A stretch of DNA of 64,000 nucleotides from Rhynchopus sp. YZ270_cl-10. Taxonomy: Eukaryota. Within the stretch, counting starts at the first letter, position 1; the number at the start of each line of letters is the position of its first letter. The position numbers and the translations under genes are program-made. The stretch lies in contig OZ037845.1 of the NCBI GenBank assembly GCA_964035575.1, positions 496,001 through 560,000 on the forward strand. Reading direction: 5' to 3'. Below, one piece after another: positions 59,398 through 64,000 of the stretch. Below the pieces are notes generated by a model. The model ran no database searches and had not been told where the DNA came from. It was given only the letters and a program-made list of their open reading frames with translations.

Positions 59398-60504
59398 TTA
59401 TGCAACACAATGCGGACATCTTGGCCCAACTGAGGATATTACGGTAAGACAGAGGGCAGCAGTGATCAGAATATCGGGACGCCTTTTGCCTTTATTGCCA
59501 AGGATGTGTTCGACCACTTTAGAGGCTACTCCACGAAAGAGCGCGTTAACGTCCTTTACATTGCCTGTGTAGCTGGCGATACGGCGTACAGACTCCACTG
59601 CGACAGCTTGGGGAAGCGAGATCAGCCAGTCATATGTAGCCGGACGCAATGCATCCAATCGTGGTAACGGTTCTGTCCCTACTGCCTGCAACAACACTTC
59701 AACAAGGTATCCAGGAACCGGCTCGACCGCTCCGCAAGCACTTTCTGCATCGACCGCATCAATGGCCTCGCGTACCACTTCCTCCAATGTTTCTGCACAT
59801 TGCAGTGCTATCGCTGCCCTTGCGATGACTGCCCTCTGAAAGGCCTCAGGACGCCTCAACAGCAGCCCTATCACTTCGTTGTTCACAACCTCTGCCAGCC
59901 CCGACGCTTTAAGAATCCGTTGCGTTTGAAACGGAAGCAGCAACAACGGTGTTGTCTCAGGGAGCTCTGCGGTGAAAGTCGTTGGAGTTGCGAGCCACGG
60001 AGAATCCGCGGTGGCTGCTGTAGAAAAGCCGTGATAAAGCTTCGCAACATTGGAGACAGGTGGTGGTGCTGCACAAAGACGTTGTAGACATTCGCATGCT
60101 AAGGGCGGACTTTGTTTGACACATTCCTTCACCAAACGAACACCATGTCTTTCCCAAGCTGCGTCGCTTAAGGTATGCTTCGTGTACACCAACCACGCCA
60201 CCACCGCATCCGTCAACGGCTGCACACGAAGCACAGCAACGCCACTACCTTCATCATGCACACCCTCACACCCCCGCACCTCCCCTTCAAGGAACCGTAC
60301 CTGCTCCCGATGAGGGAGCTGCACCACCACCCCAACCAAACCAGGGTTAAGGTGGCTCACCCGAGCGTACTCCGCAGCCTCGTTGCAAAGAAGCGACCAA
60401 CCGTCCAATCGAGGCTGCAAATGAGGGTCGTATGTTGTGTGGTGGTGGGGGAGATGGTGTCGAGAGTGATGGTGCGCACGCCCCTCAGGGGCGAGGCTCT
60501 CCAT
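59398..60504 (-). CDS. Hypothetical protein (368 aa)
   Basis: Long ATG ORF on the cluster strand; no motif recognised. Confidence 0.65.
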   Translation of the reverse strand: MESLAPEGRAHHHSRHHLPHHHTTYDPHLQPRLDGWSLLCNEAAEYARVSHLNPGLVGVVVQLPHREQVRFLEGEVRGCEGVHDEGSGVAVLRVQPLTDAVVAWLVYTKHTLSDAAWERHGVRLVKECVKQSPPLACECLQRLCAAPPPVSNVAKLYHGFSTAATADSPWLATPTTFTAELPETTPLLLLPFQTQRILKASGLAEVVNNEVIGLLLRRPEAFQRAVIARAAIALQCAETLEEVVREAIDAVDAESACGAVEPVPGYLVEVLLQAVGTEPLPRLDALRPATYDWLISLPQAVAVESVRRIASYTGNVKDVNALFRGVASKVVEHILGNKGKRRPDILITAALCLTVISSVGPRCPHCVA

Positions 60505-60799
60505 TAAGAAAAAGAGAGAATTTTTGTGTAAGGGACGGGGAATGGAGGGAAGAGGGAGGGGAGTAAGTTGTCTGTGAAGAAAGGGGGGCGAATGGGGTGA
60601 ATGGGGTGTGGTTAATTAAACCACAGTATGTCGCTTCATCACAGCGGTGGCGAGTGGCATGTGACTTCTGCCCAGTGCCCTGAGAATTGGTTTGCGCTCT
60701 TTGCAGACTAAGGGTAGAAAAGGGCTGGTTTGAATCCTCCCTTGGAGGAATTGCATGACCGGCTGTACCGGGGGATACCCAACCATGCAGTACGACATC

Positions 60800-60856
60800 C
60801 ATTTCGTGGTTTACATCTGATATGTGCTACTCCCGCTTCCACTCATCAGCCAGATG
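60800..60856 (-). ncRNA. Putative hammerhead ribozyme with non-standard (pseudoknotted) strand order, inside a dispersed repeat (60756-60871)
   Basis: CATCTGG-CTGATGA-GTGG-14nt-CAT-A-TCAGATG-TAAA-CCAC-GAAA-TG: intact core, 7-bp stem I, 4-bp stem II, 3-bp stem III. Confidence 0.55.
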
Positions 60857-61523
60857 AACGGGGATCATTGCAAAAACAGGGACGCGAATCCTGTGTGATG
60901 TGGGTCTGGTTGGGGGAAAAATGGGGGTGAGGGTGGATACCTTTTTTATTCCTGGTCTGCCCTCCTGGGCTGTGTGTGTGTGTTTTTTTTTTGTGTTTTG
61001 TTTTTGCAAGGTTTTCTGGGTTTCGTTCACAATTCCCCCAACCCCCTCCCACAATACTCCTACACAGGATTCTTTTTTCTCTCCTACACATCCCATCACG
61101 ACTCATGTCGTAGATGAAGTCCACCATGCTGTCCGTTGTGTCTTTGTACTGCTCGTAGACACCAGGCATGCTGAAGACCTCCATCGACTTTGCGTTGTCG
61201 TCAATCCACCACCATCTGTCCCCGGCAAAGTCTTCTTCTGTTTCACGGGCGGCCTTTTCTTTTCCTATCTTTGCAACAAGTCTGTCATTGATGAAGTTCA
61301 CACCGGGAAGTGTTCTGTTGAAGTCGACGTGTACGCCGGGCTTGGCGACGGTCGTTGGGACAGGGAAACCATCTATGTCCTGCATTCGTAGCTGCTCGTA
61401 GTATCTCTTGTACGGGCCCTGCAACGACTGAAACAAGAGCGACAGCGTCAGAAGAAACACCGCCACTCCGATAATTTTCCTGATGCTCACATGCTTCGCT
61501 GTGCGGGACACTCCTTTCCTCAT
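60846..61523 (-). CDS. Type II membrane protein; 3' end uncertain (probably spliced)
   Basis: MRKG..basic N-terminus + IIGVAVFLLTLSLLF anchor. The distal ORF runs through intron-like CA-rich sequence. Confidence 0.55.
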   Translation of the reverse strand: MRKGVSRTAKHVSIRKIIGVAVFLLTLSLLFQSLQGPYKRYYEQLRMQDIDGFPVPTTVAKPGVHVDFNRTLPGVNFINDRLVAKIGKEKAARETEEDFAGDRWWWIDDNAKSMEVFSMPGVYEQYKDTTDSMVDFIYDMSRDGMCRREKRILCRSIVGGGWGNCERNPENLAKTKHKKKTHTHSPGGQTRNKKGIHPHPHFSPNQTHITQDSRPCFCNDPRSSG

Positions 61524-61717
61524 GGTTTGGGTCACTTAGCCGAAATGGCCAAGTTCTTGGTTTTGGGCAAACCCCGCCCAAGCCCCCAACCCCAACCCCA
61601 AAAAAGGGATCTTTGAAATCCGGGTGAAATCGGGTGAAATTGGGCTCAGGTGGGCACAAGGTGGGGCTCTGGGGGGGCTATTGTGGGCTGGTCGCGGGAC
61701 ACCACATCATATTCTGT

Positions 61718-61792
61718 GAAAATTCGCTGAAATTTTATTCATTTTTTCGTGTCCCCACCACAAGCCGGGATTGGCTCGGAAATGCAATAAAA
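61718..61792. repeat. Fragment of the hAT-like family internal subrepeat
   Basis: ccccaccacaagccgggattggctcggaaatgc matches 217-250 and 38671-38703. Confidence 0.65.
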
Positions 61793-62270
61793 CTACCTAT
61801 TGGGCGGAAAAAAACAACAGGAAACTTGCGCACTTTTTTTTGCCTTTCTTTTTCGAAAAATTTCAAACGCCCCAGAGTTAGGGTCGGGCCGAGTCGGCCG
61901 ACTTTCTGATTTTCCGAACAGTCGTCCCGACTATAAATATTTTTTCGTTATATTTTCCCTTCCGTCTGACTGTTCTTCCCGCTTCCGCTTCCCTGATTCC
62001 ATCCCCTTTGTCCTTTATGGTACTCGTCCCCTGTTTTTCTTTCTTCTTCAGCTTTTTCTTTTTCTCTTTTTCTTCCTCGTCTTCATCCGCCTTTTTTGCA
62101 GTACTACGGTAAGTGCAGTCATCTACTGACACATTTCCAAAAGAATGGGCGTTACTTTCTTTTTCATGAAGATAAGCGAAAACCCTGCTTGCCAGGTACA
62201 TAAACACTGAATGCAGCTTGTCCAGCATCACCTCACATTTTGCAAGACGGCTGGTTAGGCAGTTGGTCAT

Positions 62271-64000
62271 CTAAATGTGTTTACAGATTCTCCTGAGGAA
62301 TGGCACCCATCTTGTCGTCCTTGTTCTGGTCGGTGGCAACGGTGTGATCCACGTGCGGTTGGGAATATGTGGGACTCGAGACAGCAATGCAGGCCACACA
62401 GGACGCGAAGCCAACACGCTTTCGGTTGATGTCTTGGGGTCATGATGTGCGTTGACCTGCGCTTCTGCTGCTTGTGTCTGCGCATTGTTCAGCCAAAATG
62501 GTGCAAAGAAGTGGTAGTAATCCTCAAAGTTTCCTGCGTGCACTACACCTATAACGCGATCCTTCAGGTTGTCATCCTGCTTGCACAACGTGACCCAGTC
62601 TTCCGGAAAGGTCGCGGTGGTGTGCCACAAGAACACATCAGTTTTGTCTGATGATTTTTCGACCTCTTCCCACATCCTCCCCATGGGGGCACCCTTCTCG
62701 TTCTCGCTGTGCTTTACCTGCAGCACCTCATTCACATCTTTGTCTAGTCGCAAAAAGATATCTCCGTAAGGTGCCTTCTCTGCGTTCTGGAATGCAGAGT
62801 CTGTGAACGGGGCACTCTGATGGTACGTGTTATTCGGTGAACATTTGCTCTGTACCGCGTCCTCCTGTTTTGAACCACGGGTCTCAGTCTGATGCACTGC
62901 AAAACGGGGCGTGAGGGGGGTGTTCGTGAACTCGTGACGGCTAGGCTCATTCATCCACTGTACACCTTTGTGCAGGAGCACCACGCTCGTTGGTCCGGTG
63001 TCGTGCAGCTGAGAGAGGAGACACCTATACCACAGCACGAACGACTCGAAGGAAGCGCCGTCCTGCTTCTCCGCGAAGCACCCTGCGAGCAGGCTTCCCG
63101 TCATCGAGGAGTTGACAATAGCCCAGATGAGTGAAAGCCTGAGATATGATTTACCCCCCTCCTTTTGAATATCCATGAGGCCCTTGGATAGGTGTGCTGC
63201 GAGGTCGGTGTCTTGCTTCAGAGGCACCTTCAGCAGCGCATATCTGAGCAGCATCGTTTGATCCTCCACGCTGGCAACAATCCCGTTATACCGAATCTTA
63301 ACTTGGTCACACACAATGCTGAGCAGCTCAGATTCGTCCTTCTCAGGGTGCTCTTTGGCGACGTTACAGAGTATCTCAACCGCGCGTCCATAACCTTTCA
63401 CGATATCGAACAAATTTGTAGACCTACCCTTTGGCATGGTCTCGGGTTCTTTTGTGAGAAATGGGAGTTGCAAGTAGTGTGGGACCACGCTCGATCCCGT
63501 CAATGCATCCACCGCCGTCTTCTTTGCAGTCAGAGTGCATACGCTAAACAGGAAGAACGGAGATCCCATTTGACAGGACAGCATCACCTCTCGCAGGAAA
63601 CTACGTATCCTACCGTTGCTCTCTGGGTCTGATACTAGCTCATTGTCCGACAAGTTGTGCACTCCGTCGATCATCAGCAGGCACACCACGTTAGTCGGGT
63701 ACTGCTCTTCCTTTCCGAGATATTTGCACAGACGTTCTACAAGCTCGCTGAGAGTGAAGCCAGCTCTGTGGGCTTCGCTCCACACCACGAAGGCTTTCAT
63801 ATCGTCAGTCGTATGACCCAGCAGATGGAAACAAATCCGATCGACCACAGCAGACTCAGACGGTCTTTCGTGTTCCTTCTGGTACGAGGTCCCATTCTCG
63901 AAGGACACGTTGAAGGTGAATACCGTCTTGCCCTCCGTTTTATGCGCCAACACCTCTGGCACCCTCATGAGAGCACGAGACTTGCCCATGCCCAGACCTG
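62271..64000 (-). CDS. Crinkler (CRN)-type P-loop NTPase + restriction-endonuclease-fold protein, 5'-partial
   Basis: Walker A GLGMGKS at the window edge, FNVSFENGT, Walker B LLMIDG; C-terminal NAEKAPYGDIF...EVLQVK nuclease-like motif. Confidence 0.75.
   Translation of the reverse strand, partial: GLGMGKSRALMRVPEVLAHKTEGKTVFTFNVSFENGTSYQKEHERPSESAVVDRICFHLLGHTTDDMKAFVVWSEAHRAGFTLSELVERLCKYLGKEEQYPTNVVCLLMIDGVHNLSDNELVSDPESNGRIRSFLREVMLSCQMGSPFFLFSVCTLTAKKTAVDALTGSSVVPHYLQLPFLTKEPETMPKGRSTNLFDIVKGYGRAVEILCNVAKEHPEKDESELLSIVCDQVKIRYNGIVASVEDQTMLLRYALLKVPLKQDTDLAAHLSKGLMDIQKEGGKSYLRLSLIWAIVNSSMTGSLLAGCFAEKQDGASFESFVLWYRCLLSQLHDTGPTSVVLLHKGVQWMNEPSRHEFTNTPLTPRFAVHQTETRGSKQEDAVQSKCSPNNTYHQSAPFTDSAFQNAEKAPYGDIFLRLDKDVNEVLQVKHSENEKGAPMGRMWEEVEKSSDKTDVFLWHTTATFPEDWVTLCKQDDNLKDRVIGVVHAGNFEDYYHFFAPFWLNNAQTQAAEAQVNAHHDPKTSTESVLASRPVWPALLSRVPHIPNRTWITPLPPTRTRTTRWVPFLRRICKHI

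Noticed and set aside
60795..60860. Reading the hammerhead as ordinary type III (CGTTCAT-C / ATGGATG) or type I (GUC after GAAA)
   Set aside because: Type III leaves only 3 nt (TGG) for stem I plus loop; type I has no stem I complement. Kept only as competing folds.
61878..62270. Lys/Glu-rich ORF directly after the Crinkler-like stop
   Set aside because: May be a spliced or frameshifted tail, but no convincing junction or homology was found.
1..64000. tRNA, rRNA or spliced-leader RNA genes
   Set aside because: None recognised; the rRNA-like 13-14-mers are snoRNA guide complements.

Overview
Eukaryotic genomic DNA, most consistent with a euglenozoan such as a diplonemid (inferred from gene organisation and protein style, not verified). 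About 22 protein genes all lie on the minus strand as one directional cluster, with short GT-AG introns whose acceptors are CA-rich. Genes: a disordered coiled-coil protein; an EGF-containing type I membrane protein; a spliced 1430-aa Cas4/Dna2-like (apparently catalytically dead) nuclease + SF1 helicase; three sigma-like and one theta-class GSTs; a secreted 10x pacifastin-like repeat protein; two eIF2-beta copies plus a truncated paralog; a WD40 protein; a receptor with a degenerate cyclase domain; a Cys-rich secreted protein; two EF-hand/coiled-coil paralogs; and a Crinkler-type NTPase-REase running off the right edge. Non-coding content: several box C/D and AGA-box snoRNA candidates with rRNA-complementary guides; a ~12.5 kb gene-free block with TIR/TSD-bounded MITEs; a decayed tombus-like RdRp fragment; and strand-biased families of covarying hairpins. 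Top candidate for novelty: a dispersed repeat whose best copy (60800-60856, minus strand) has a complete hammerhead ribozyme core with its three strands in a non-circularly-permuted, pseudoknotted order that fits none of types I-III.
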